Shown: positions 7,866 through 16,285 of the stretch, one piece after another
Numbering within the stretch: position 1 is the first letter of the stretch
How the letters are laid out: each line of letters opens with the position of its first letter
IMG/VR virus record: IMGVR_UViG_3300031957_002677
Span: 25,836-89,835 of that record
DNA length: 64,000 bases
From: a virus
Strand: one strand, 5' to 3'
Position numbers and translations under genes: made by a program
Notes under the pieces: generated by a model
What the model was told of the DNA's origin: nothing
Databases searched by the model: none
The model's input: the letters and a program-made list of their open reading frames with translations, nothing else

Positions 7866-8443
7866 TGTACAAACTTTGTGATGGCATATCTATCATTCTC
7901 AAGAACATCTGTAACACTATGCTCAATCCAACCAGGAAAAATTACGGTTTTATTATTCTTCGTTTCAATTTCATGATCATATCTTGGGAAATATAAATTT
8001 CCTCCAGCATCTTCTTTATGACAAAGTGTTGTGGTTATTAACACATGCACCCAAGTATCTGAGTGTGGTTCATATCCATCCCCAGGAAAATATCTTCTAA
8101 TTTTAGTATAATCTTCACTAGATCTCTGGTATGTAATCCAATAATCATCTTTTGCGATTAAATCATCATAAAACTTATCATTATTGAAAAACATATTCTC
8201 ACAAATCGTTAAGATGTCAGAAATATTACGATAATCATTATGATACACTGAATCTAATGATAAACCTTTTGCTGTTGTTAGATATTTTCCTTCATCATCT
8301 TTTGCTGCCATATATCCTGCAGGATCCTTGAATTTATTCAAAAGAAAATCAAGTTCTCTCCAAATCATGTCATATTGATCTTCATCAAATGTTTCTTCTA
8401 TGATAACATGAGAGAAAGGTTCAGTGTTAATCTGGTAGTTCAT
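7850..8443 (-). CDS. 2OG-Fe(II) oxygenase
   Basis: HxD (PHSD), distal H (WIEHSV), R (DRYAIT); likely start ~8443. Confidence 0.85.
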   Translation of the reverse strand: MNYQINTEPFSHVIIEETFDEDQYDMIWRELDFLLNKFKDPAGYMAAKDDEGKYLTTAKGLSLDSVYHNDYRNISDILTICENMFFNNDKFYDDLIAKDDYWITYQRSSEDYTKIRRYFPGDGYEPHSDTWVHVLITTTLCHKEDAGGNLYFPRYDHEIETKNNKTVIFPGWIEHSVTDVLENDRYAITKFVHCASK

Positions 8444-8636
8444 CATTTTTTTCCAAGAGTTCTTGCATCGTATCCATAAAATCATCTGCTGAAGATAGAG
8501 TATCTAAGGCATGAATCATTTCACCCAATGCTTTAATAAAAAAAGGTTTCTCATTTCTTGCAGCAAATGCTAATGCTTCACGAAGATGTGTTTGAGCAGA
8601 GTCTATTTCTACCCTTACTTGATCAGATAGTGCCAT
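8427..8636 (-). CDS. small helical hypothetical protein
   Basis: 69-aa ORF with LREALAFAARNEKP, translationally coupled. Confidence 0.75.
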   Translation of the reverse strand: MALSDQVRVEIDSAQTHLREALAFAARNEKPFFIKALGEMIHALDTLSSADDFMDTMQELLEKNDELPD

Positions 8637-9283
8637 TAGTTTTTTCTTCCTGTGTAAATTTTTAGGTCTTCTTCATATTCAAAATAATCTTCAAGTTCAC
8701 TATCATCGCAAAAATAGTTTCCCCAACCAGTTGCAATATATTTACTCTTTGAATATACAGGATTTCCACGATGAGTATGAGTGTAAAATGCGGGCCAAAT
8801 TAACATCGTCCCTGCTTTTGGTTGTACTCTAAGACCTTGCCAAAGAAACTCACTTTCACCCTCACCTTCAGGAATGTCATTCAAATATAACATCCAAGCA
8901 ACACATCTATCAACAGCACCCAAATCAGTAATCTCACAGTGCCAGTCATGAAATCCACCTCTAGGTGGAGTTTTTTGAAGTTTTACCTCATCAAAGTTTA
9001 TAGAAACATAATTAGAAACCCAAAAGATTTTTTGATACTTTTCCCAGCAATACTCTACTGTTTTAATAATAAGATCAAATGCTGGACTATGATCCAGATA
9101 CCACTGATAATCATGCCTAGTTAGATGACCCATTACAGTGCCATCTATTCCCTTCCCAGTTCTAAGATTGTTGCTTGGATCATCTGGATCCTTATAATTG
9201 GAATCAAATAGTGATACTAAAGAATCACAAACATCAATATCCATTACATTTTCATAAAGACCAATAAAATCATTATGTTTCAT
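8636..9283 (-). CDS. 2OG-Fe(II) oxygenase
   Basis: FHDWHCE, AWMLYLND, WPAFYTHTHRGNP, KYIATGW. Confidence 0.88.
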   Translation of the reverse strand: MKHNDFIGLYENVMDIDVCDSLVSLFDSNYKDPDDPSNNLRTGKGIDGTVMGHLTRHDYQWYLDHSPAFDLIIKTVEYCWEKYQKIFWVSNYVSINFDEVKLQKTPPRGGFHDWHCEITDLGAVDRCVAWMLYLNDIPEGEGESEFLWQGLRVQPKAGTMLIWPAFYTHTHRGNPVYSKSKYIATGWGNYFCDDSELEDYFEYEEDLKIYTGRKN

Positions 9284-10677
9284 ACGACCCAAGTAATGAT
9301 AGAAAATCTTGTTCCAGATTTAACTGGCATAATTTCATGTGGGTACATAAAATTAGATGGGAACATGATCACATCACCAGCATCCAGTTTATATACCAGT
9401 TCACGATTGAATAGTGCAACTTCTCCACCTTCATAAGCATTATTCATTGACACAATCACTGTCAATGCTCTAGGTTGTTCTTTGAATGAATCTGTATGTT
9501 CAATATAAAAGTCACCCTCTTCATATTTGAGCAGTTCATAACCACTATCCTCCTGGATTTCTAGTTCAAACTCTGGATGTGCTTCTTGATAAAGTCCGAT
9601 TAAGTTTTGAACAACCTCAAACATTTGATCATCTAATTGCTTCCTAACCTCAGAATTTTCTTCAGCAATGATTGATTGTTCAGAGATACAAATTTGTTCA
9701 CATCTTCTTGCTTCTGGATCGTGACCACTTCCAGTTAATGTTGCTTCCCAATAGTTTGTATTTGCATACTCATCTAGGATTTTATCGCATAGTTCAGGAT
9801 CAACAACTTCTTCACCATACCATACAAAGTCGGCAAGAGATTTAGATGATAATTTGCCAGATGGTTTTGATTTCTCTTCTACTTTAGGTTCGTTAATCAA
9901 CTCTGGAGTATCCTTCTTTGTCAAGAACTTTTCATATTTGCTATTAACAATGACTACATCATCAAAGTCAATATAATCAGTATCATTTACAGGATCTTGC
10001 ACAATTTCAACTGTTGAAGAGTCTTCATTTTGTTGCTGTTGCTGTCTATACTTCCGAGGAAGAATTGTCATGTCACTTACATTAGAAAAGTTTCTCATTT
10101 GTTCATACTCCTGTAATAGTTCTTCAGTGTTAATATCTCTAAATTTATTTTTATCAAAGTATGCAGGACTACACATACCACGACTTCTTACATAATGCAA
10201 GAAAAATTGAGTGTACTCTTCACCCTCAAATTCATCTCTCCAATGTGGAGCAATACACCCCAAGTATAGCATAGCATCACCAGGATTCAAGTTAACTGAT
10301 CTATTCTTTCCTTCTGGTGTTTCAATCCAAATTGCCCAAGGTTTATCACTACCAAGGTGCAATGTCATTGAAATTTCACATCCAGGACGATCAGTATGTC
10401 TATGGAGAATACTTCCGTTTCGATATATTCTAGAATAAACGTAAGTGGGAAGAACGGTTTCACCAATTAGTTTAGAAACTTCTGGAGTTTTATTTGCCAG
10501 AAGTTCTAATGCTGGAAGATAATCATATACTGCTGATGATTTTGGTGCCTGTTCATCACCATTGAAATCAAAGATTTCATCAGTAACAAAAAACTCTTTC
10601 TCTAATTGTGCTGCATGTTGTGGATCAATAAAATTTGGAACAACAATATAGTTGTTCTTCAATAATTCAATATTCAT
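9280..10677 (-). CDS. tandem two-domain 2OG-Fe(II) oxygenase
   Basis: Domain 1: RHTDRP, PHWRD, FLHYV; domain 2: EHTDS, GGE, FPSNFMYPHEI, GTRFSI. Confidence 0.88.
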   Translation of the reverse strand: MNIELLKNNYIVVPNFIDPQHAAQLEKEFFVTDEIFDFNGDEQAPKSSAVYDYLPALELLANKTPEVSKLIGETVLPTYVYSRIYRNGSILHRHTDRPGCEISMTLHLGSDKPWAIWIETPEGKNRSVNLNPGDAMLYLGCIAPHWRDEFEGEEYTQFFLHYVRSRGMCSPAYFDKNKFRDINTEELLQEYEQMRNFSNVSDMTILPRKYRQQQQQNEDSSTVEIVQDPVNDTDYIDFDDVVIVNSKYEKFLTKKDTPELINEPKVEEKSKPSGKLSSKSLADFVWYGEEVVDPELCDKILDEYANTNYWEATLTGSGHDPEARRCEQICISEQSIIAEENSEVRKQLDDQMFEVVQNLIGLYQEAHPEFELEIQEDSGYELLKYEEGDFYIEHTDSFKEQPRALTVIVSMNNAYEGGEVALFNRELVYKLDAGDVIMFPSNFMYPHEIMPVKSGTRFSIITWVV

Positions 10678-10686
10678 TTCATTCTA

Positions 10687-12021
10687 TCAACTATTCTTAT
10701 CTAGTACGTCTTTAAGAGCAGCAAACCACTTGACTGCTTTTTCTGCTGGGAATGAATTATCATCTCTCTCATTATCAGTTAGTGTAGTATAAAGTTGCTC
10801 TGGATCAATACCATCCATAAGTGTTAGGATTTCATCAATAGATTTGTCTTCACCACTTTCAATTTCCTGACGTTCAATGTTAGTCCTAATAAGTTTTTCT
10901 TGCTCAGCAGCATAACCACTACTATAAGATGATTCAAGTTTTTGTTTCTGAACTTTTTTATACTCAACTTCTGCTTTTTCAAATTCACGTTCTACAGCAT
11001 CATCAAGTTCGTCATATGCTTCTTCTTGAGACATTTTATTGAGAAGATCTTCATGTGCCCTCATAATAATATCTAGTTCTTGTTCCTTCTGAATCTCAAA
11101 TTGAGTTCTTTCTCTCTCCAGTTCTCTCTGAATCCTCTCCCTATTCAAGTTAATTTGATCTTGAACTTCTCTATTCTCTAATTCAATAATCTCTAGAACT
11201 TGTTTCTGCGATTCAATTTCTATCTTAGAAATATCGAGTTGTTCTTCCTCAAGCAACCTTACTTTTGCTATCATTTCTTCTCTCATTGCTCTTTCTTTAT
11301 CTTCGAGAGCAAGATTTTTCTCAGAGTCATCAATTTCACGTTCTATCTTGTCACGTTCCATTTGAAGCAGTTCTTGATACTGCTTTCGTTCTTCCACAAA
11401 GTGTTCCTTTTCTTTCTCAAAATCATGATAAAGTTCATCATATTTTTTAGAAAGTTCTAGAGACTTTTTCTCGAAGAACTCATCTGCTTTTTGTGCTTCT
11501 AACCCTGCTTTTTCGGACTCACGTGCTGCTTTTTCACGTTCAAGTTGAATATTAGCATTTTGTTTTTCATATTCTAATGCTTGCTCTTTCTTAGACTTTT
11601 CATCGTAAAGATTCTCTCTCTCATCACGAAGTTCTTTGTTCTGCCTCTGAAGATCTTCAATAATAACAAGTTGTGCTTCTTTCTCCAGTTTATCTAGATT
11701 TAATTCCTCGATCTGAGCAGCAAGATTTTCCTCTTCTTTTAGTGCAGATTCAAGTTCTTTTTTCTCATATACATCCAAAAATGTATTGAAATAATCTAAG
11801 TATGGTTGAATAATAGTATTAAATTCATCTTCACCAAAAACTTTATTGGGTGCAGGATCTTCACCAGGAGTATCTTCATACTCTAGTTCACCTCTACCAT
11901 CTCTCCATTGAATAGCATGAATAGTCTCGTCATCAAAATCCCAAGGTGCATCATCCTCAAGATCTACAGTACGACCATCTACGATAATTTTTTTATCTTC
12001 TGGAATAATAGAAATTCTCAT
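10687..12021 (-). CDS. fibre-assembly-like N-terminal domain fused to a long acidic coiled coil
   Basis: N-terminal ~85 aa (IIPED..IIVDG...IHAIQW..G.GELEY) resemble small proteins found next to cyanophage fibre genes; followed by ~350 aa of E-rich helical sequence. Confidence 0.6.
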   Translation of the reverse strand: MRISIIPEDKKIIVDGRTVDLEDDAPWDFDDETIHAIQWRDGRGELEYEDTPGEDPAPNKVFGEDEFNTIIQPYLDYFNTFLDVYEKKELESALKEEENLAAQIEELNLDKLEKEAQLVIIEDLQRQNKELRDERENLYDEKSKKEQALEYEKQNANIQLEREKAARESEKAGLEAQKADEFFEKKSLELSKKYDELYHDFEKEKEHFVEERKQYQELLQMERDKIEREIDDSEKNLALEDKERAMREEMIAKVRLLEEEQLDISKIEIESQKQVLEIIELENREVQDQINLNRERIQRELERERTQFEIQKEQELDIIMRAHEDLLNKMSQEEAYDELDDAVEREFEKAEVEYKKVQKQKLESSYSSGYAAEQEKLIRTNIERQEIESGEDKSIDEILTLMDGIDPEQLYTTLTDNERDDNSFPAEKAVKWFAALKDVLDKNS

Positions 12022-12398
12022 TGTTGATCCTCTTCAGATTTTGGTAGTAAGTTACTTTCTTCAGTATTATCTAGTTGTTCGATGTATTCGGAAACATTGA
12101 CACCCTGATCTTCACACATATCAAGATACATATTACCAACAGCATCTAGCATATTCTGATTGGTTTCATGTGCTTTCACCATTTCATTTCTAAATGACTC
12201 AACAGCAGAACTGGTAGATCTTTGTTGCTGACTGTTTTCAATCATAAGCATTGGCATCCATTGAATTGCACACGACCAATGATCTACTTGCTGACCAGTA
12301 TTAGGATCTTGCCCAGCAATATGTGTGTACCATGCACACTTATGTTCGACACAATCCTTTTTAATAAGAGGACACCACTTGCCAGATGCTTTAGTCAT
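12018..12398 (-). CDS. Cys-rich fibre-associated protein
   Basis: WCPLIKKDCVEHKCAWY...WSCAI (4 Cys, putative metal site), AVESFRNEMV helix, acidic tail. Confidence 0.65.
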   Translation of the reverse strand: MTKASGKWCPLIKKDCVEHKCAWYTHIAGQDPNTGQQVDHWSCAIQWMPMLMIENSQQQRSTSSAVESFRNEMVKAHETNQNMLDAVGNMYLDMCEDQGVNVSEYIEQLDNTEESNLLPKSEEDQQ

Positions 12399-12417
12399 AA
12401 GATGAAATTCAGTGTAT

Positions 12418-12450
12418 TATTTATTATAGCACGATCAATCCAAAGTGCAA
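12418..12450 (-). promoter_or_regulatory. overlapping sigma70-type and T4 late-type promoters
   Basis: TTGCAC-N16-TATAAT with extended TG (TGCTATAAT), immediately followed by ATAAATA (12418-12424). Confidence 0.55.
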
Positions 12451-13697
12451 AGGATCACATCGATATATTGAACTCTCAATGGTGATAATGAAGCAACAAA
12501 ACTAACAGGACTTCCACTAAATGGATGACTATGTGGTTGACCACCACCAGTTGATGATGTTGCTGGACCTTGAGTATTGCTATTTCTAATAGTACCACCA
12601 GGAGTCAAAATTCTCTGTGTTACCCTCACACTTGTAGTTTGTGGATATCTTTGAGGTGTACGATATGCTCTTGGTTGCCTATAAGCTGCAGGATTTCTTT
12701 GAGGAACTGTAACTCTGAATGGAATATTCACTCGGAAAGAATTTCTCTGTCTGAATGAATATCTCACTCTGAATGATCTAGGTTGCCTCTGTCTAAATGA
12801 TCTCCTCTGCCTAACATTTCTAGGTTGTCTAGTATTACGAGGTTGACGGAAAGATCTTCTCTGCCTAGAAGATACAGGTCTCCTAAACTGCCTTCTCTGT
12901 CTCCACCAACTTACTCTAGGTTGTCTTCTATCTGCTCTTCTTGGGATTCTATCATTTCTCCTTCTCCTACCCCATCTTCTTCTAGGTGTTCTGTCATTAT
13001 TTCTGACACTTGCTCTCCAAGATTGACCAATAGGGTTTCTCCATCTTCCACCATCAACACGGAAACTGAACGGTCTTCGTGATCTTAAAGGAACACGAAA
13101 AGCAATAGGAACTCTGAAACTGATTGGTCTTCTAGAACGTGTAGGGTATCTAACTCTTTGGTTTCTTGGTTGTCTCTGTCTGAGTGGAACTCTTTGTCTT
13201 CGTGGTTGTCTATAGTTACGAGGTTGCCTTACATTAGTTGGTTGTCTAAAGTTGACAATAACACGGTTATTGATCTGGACTCTTCTTGCCGCTCTAATAT
13301 TATATCCACGTGGTTGCCTATTACTGGTTCTAAATGGTGAAGAACCAGCAGATGATCTATATGAGTTTGGATTACTTCCCGTATTATGTGTATGTGCTGG
13401 TAATTGTTGAGTGGTAAGTGTAGTACCACCCGAAGAACCTGCAATGGTCGAACTACAATTTGCATCTGCACCTGCATCAGCAAATACTGCACTAAAATCA
13501 AGTGCTCCAGATGATAATCCACCAGTACCATCTACAACTCTAAGTGATTGATCATTTGCCTGTGTTTCTTTGGACCATCCAGTTGGTGCTGATGCTTGAT
13601 AAAACACCATTGTAGAGGATTGTGGAATGATCCCATAAAATGTTGATAATTGAGTACCATTGCCAAATTCGATCCCATCTGCTCTTAAAATAGACAT
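12435..13697 (-). CDS. HxH fibre-tip-like protein with ~240-aa Arg-rich hexapeptide-repeat insertion
   Basis: N- and C-termini align with paralog 13708..14244 (FYQASAPxGW, TTLTTQQxPxHTH, PATSxTGGGxxHxHPF, LRVxYIDVI); insert lies between the two HxH motifs. Confidence 0.75.
   Translation of the reverse strand: MSILRADGIEFGNGTQLSTFYGIIPQSSTMVFYQASAPTGWSKETQANDQSLRVVDGTGGLSSGALDFSAVFADAGADANCSSTIAGSSGGTTLTTQQLPAHTHNTGSNPNSYRSSAGSSPFRTSNRQPRGYNIRAARRVQINNRVIVNFRQPTNVRQPRNYRQPRRQRVPLRQRQPRNQRVRYPTRSRRPISFRVPIAFRVPLRSRRPFSFRVDGGRWRNPIGQSWRASVRNNDRTPRRRWGRRRRNDRIPRRADRRQPRVSWWRQRRQFRRPVSSRQRRSFRQPRNTRQPRNVRQRRSFRQRQPRSFRVRYSFRQRNSFRVNIPFRVTVPQRNPAAYRQPRAYRTPQRYPQTTSVRVTQRILTPGGTIRNSNTQGPATSSTGGGQPHSHPFSGSPVSFVASLSPLRVQYIDVILCTLD
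12570..13360 (-). repeat. coding 6-aa (18-nt) period Arg-initiated repeats
   Basis: RQPRNY/RQPRRQ/RVPLRQ/RQPRNQ...RQRRSF/RQPRNT/RQPRNV/RQRRSF/RVRYSF/RQRNSF/RVNIPF/RQPRAY. Confidence 0.85.
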
Positions 13698-13707
13698 ATA
13701 TTATACC

Positions 13708-14244
13708 TCAACTAAAACGACAGATAATGACATCAATATACTTAACTCTTAGATCAATATTTCCAGTATATGGTGATGCTCCACCATTAAATGGGTGAGT
13801 ATGTGCTGCACCTCCACCAGTTGGTGATGTTGCTGGAGCACTGGTATTTACAGCACGACCACCAATACCAGGAGATCCAGGACTTACATTAACCTGAGAA
13901 CCAGCATTATGAGTATGCCCAGGAATTTGTTGAGTTGTCAATGTTGTAGGTCCTAATGAACCAGCAGCAGTTACAGTTCCACTAATTGGACGAGTTGATG
14001 TGGGAAATATTGTGGAGAATGGTTGTCCACCAGGACCAGCAGTTCCACCAGAACCAAATCCACCACCAGTTCCAGATACAACTCTAAGTGCCTTATTATT
14101 ATGAGAAGTTACTTGTGCCCATCCACTAGGTGCCGATGCCTGATAAAATACTGCAACACTATTTTGAGGGATAATTCCATATTTAGAGTTCAGAACGGTA
14201 TTATCAGATCCAAATTGTATACCACTCGTTTGTAAAATAGACAT
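13708..14244 (-). CDS. short tail fibre tip / collar-domain protein
   Basis: FYQASAPSGW collar motif, TTLTTQQIPGHTH and AAHTHPF HxH motifs, YIDVIIC C-terminus. Confidence 0.75.
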   Translation of the reverse strand: MSILQTSGIQFGSDNTVLNSKYGIIPQNSVAVFYQASAPSGWAQVTSHNNKALRVVSGTGGGFGSGGTAGPGGQPFSTIFPTSTRPISGTVTAAGSLGPTTLTTQQIPGHTHNAGSQVNVSPGSPGIGGRAVNTSAPATSPTGGGAAHTHPFNGGASPYTGNIDLRVKYIDVIICRFS

Positions 14245-14278
14245 ATTATACCAATTACTAACAACAGATAACGTGTAT

Positions 14279-14285
14279 TATTTAT
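14279..14285 (-). promoter_or_regulatory. T4-type late promoter
   Basis: ATAAATA 35 nt upstream of the fibre-tip gene pair. Confidence 0.55.
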
Positions 14286-14962
14286 CCAATATTAAATGCG
14301 ATGGATATTCTTTCTTCTTGACTAAAGTGTGGTGTAACATAATGTGCGACTGTAGATGGCATTAAATAGAAAACATCTTCCTTAGGTTCAATTACCCACT
14401 CACAATTCCCAGGAATATCAGCAAAACAAGCATTGTGATTTGATGGATCAGTTCTTAGTAAAGTGAGTTTACCTTCCTGTTCATTTAGGTTCTTAGGAAT
14501 TTTTGGATAATAAAGTCCAATAACAGTACATCCAGGATGAGTATGATAAACATTATATCCCATTCCCTTGTTAATGTTAATCCACCATCCAATTTGATTA
14601 TCATCTACCCTATAAGTTGCACCAAAGTCTTCCAGCATTTCATTTGTTAGATCGATGGCATTTCTTGCTAAATTTTGAACAGCAGGAGTTGTTGTTCTTT
14701 TGATTGTGGGTAATTCATAAACCTGACTTTGCCATCCTTCACCAAAATTAGATTTTTTCACTCCATTAGGAAACTTTCTCATTAGATCATAACATTCATG
14801 GATAAGAGATTCGTTATCAATATCTAAAGTGAAAGTATATAGTGGTGTGATGAAGAGGTCATCACGACTTTTGTCAGAAACAGTAATCTCTGAGAAATTA
14901 TCATCGTTTGGACTAATCTCAGCTCTAAATCTGTGCATATCAATCTTGCTCCTCAGTTTCAT
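14282..14962 (-). CDS. 2OG-Fe(II) oxygenase-like protein (TIGR02466-like, HxH)
   Basis: SNFGEGWQS, WININ, HTHPG, VAHYVTP, ERISIAFN. Confidence 0.8.
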   Translation of the reverse strand: MKLRSKIDMHRFRAEISPNDDNFSEITVSDKSRDDLFITPLYTFTLDIDNESLIHECYDLMRKFPNGVKKSNFGEGWQSQVYELPTIKRTTTPAVQNLARNAIDLTNEMLEDFGATYRVDDNQIGWWININKGMGYNVYHTHPGCTVIGLYYPKIPKNLNEQEGKLTLLRTDPSNHNACFADIPGNCEWVIEPKEDVFYLMPSTVAHYVTPHFSQEERISIAFNIG

Positions 14963-15677
14963 TCATCATAAAAAATACTTGATTAATTCTATATTCAGCA
15001 TCACTATAGTGATCACCAAAATAATGTTCACCAGTTAAGTTCATACTATGATAATAATATGATCCTTCAAACATTGCAAATCTATTAAATTTTGAACGAA
15101 AACTAACTACAATTTCCCATAAGTTTTTTGGTGTCCATGGTATTGCATGTTCATCTCTAACACCATTATTTTCATCCAGAGGTAAGAGGTCTGGATTATC
15201 AGTAATTAATGGTTTATATAAGTTAGTCCCTATCTCATCATTCGTGGATAAGTAACAGATACCATTATATCCTCCATCATGATGAGGCCACCAGTAATGA
15301 CTTTCATATGGATTATCATCAATTCGTGAGAATCTTGTAAAATTAGTTACTATTTCATCCACATCTGCCGATTCTTGATTACAAATACCTGAGATCTTAT
15401 TGTATAGTGAAGACATACCAGGATGCTTCATCATATGTCTACGATCCTCAAAGTTCTTGGTGTTGAGTGTACCTCTACCAAGTTCCCAATCTTCTCCCAT
15501 TTTCCACAATGGTGGTTCAATAGACAGAAGATATTCATAGACATCATATGGTCTTTTATAAAAATTATCCATCCAATAAAAATTGGAAACCTTATCACCA
15601 TCATAAAACTCAATGATATTCATATTAGAAAAATCATTGGTATCAAACAATGAATGATCATTTGCAAAATTTTTCAT
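14940..15677 (-). CDS. 2OG-Fe(II) oxygenase-like protein
   Basis: MDNFYKRP, WPHHD, ICYL, GTNLY, KFNR, YYHSM, YRINQVFF. Confidence 0.7.
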   Translation of the reverse strand: MKNFANDHSLFDTNDFSNMNIIEFYDGDKVSNFYWMDNFYKRPYDVYEYLLSIEPPLWKMGEDWELGRGTLNTKNFEDRRHMMKHPGMSSLYNKISGICNQESADVDEIVTNFTRFSRIDDNPYESHYWWPHHDGGYNGICYLSTNDEIGTNLYKPLITDNPDLLPLDENNGVRDEHAIPWTPKNLWEIVVSFRSKFNRFAMFEGSYYYHSMNLTGEHYFGDHYSDAEYRINQVFFMMNETEEQD

Positions 15678-16285
15678 AAAAATATCTCCTGTATTTTTTC
15701 ATCATCTAAACAAAATCCAAAAACCCATAATATTCTAGGAGTATCACCTTTAGTCGGAGTTACTTCATGATGAATCTCAGATACTTGATATATCAAAAGG
15801 TCTGTAGAATTTATGTCTTTATATTCTACACCACCAATGATAGTATGTCCACCCACATCTGCCTGTTGTGTGATAGCATTGAAGTGAACTGTTTTAGTAT
15901 TTGGATAATATGTAGGGTCAATATGATTATCTATTCTACCACCTTCATATCCAATTCCATTTACGATTCCATGACTATATGATGGTGGACTTTTATACCA
16001 TTCTAGATGAAAATAATTGATTATTCTTTGCCTGACAATATGTGCAGCATTAGGATATTGTATATCTGGAGCAACTGATTCATTTGGAAACCGAGTTGTA
16101 AATCTCGTTCCAGGATTATCAGGATCCATGTTAGCATCCTCAAAGAATTCTTGATTACAATTATCAAGAGTCCATTGATTAAGTGCCTTTACATCATCTT
16201 TGAATATAAAATTGCGAAGAATAAATGATTTAGACATCTTGGGTGCAATACTCACCACCACCCTTTTCTTCATCTGCAAAAGCAA
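15674..16285 (-). CDS. 2OG-Fe(II) oxygenase
   Basis: NHIDP, GG, IHHEVTP, PRILWVFGF; true start may be the downstream MSKSF. Confidence 0.8.
   Translation of the reverse strand: MLLQMKKRVVVSIAPKMSKSFILRNFIFKDDVKALNQWTLDNCNQEFFEDANMDPDNPGTRFTTRFPNESVAPDIQYPNAAHIVRQRIINYFHLEWYKSPPSYSHGIVNGIGYEGGRIDNHIDPTYYPNTKTVHFNAITQQADVGGHTIIGGVEYKDINSTDLLIYQVSEIHHEVTPTKGDTPRILWVFGFCLDDEKIQEIFL

Noticed and set aside
12570-13360. Possibility that the Arg-rich region is a wrong-frame translation, a CRISPR array or a DNA tandem repeat
   Set aside because: The frame is continuous with conserved N- and C-terminal domains, Arg codons are varied, and there are no identical DNA repeats with spacers
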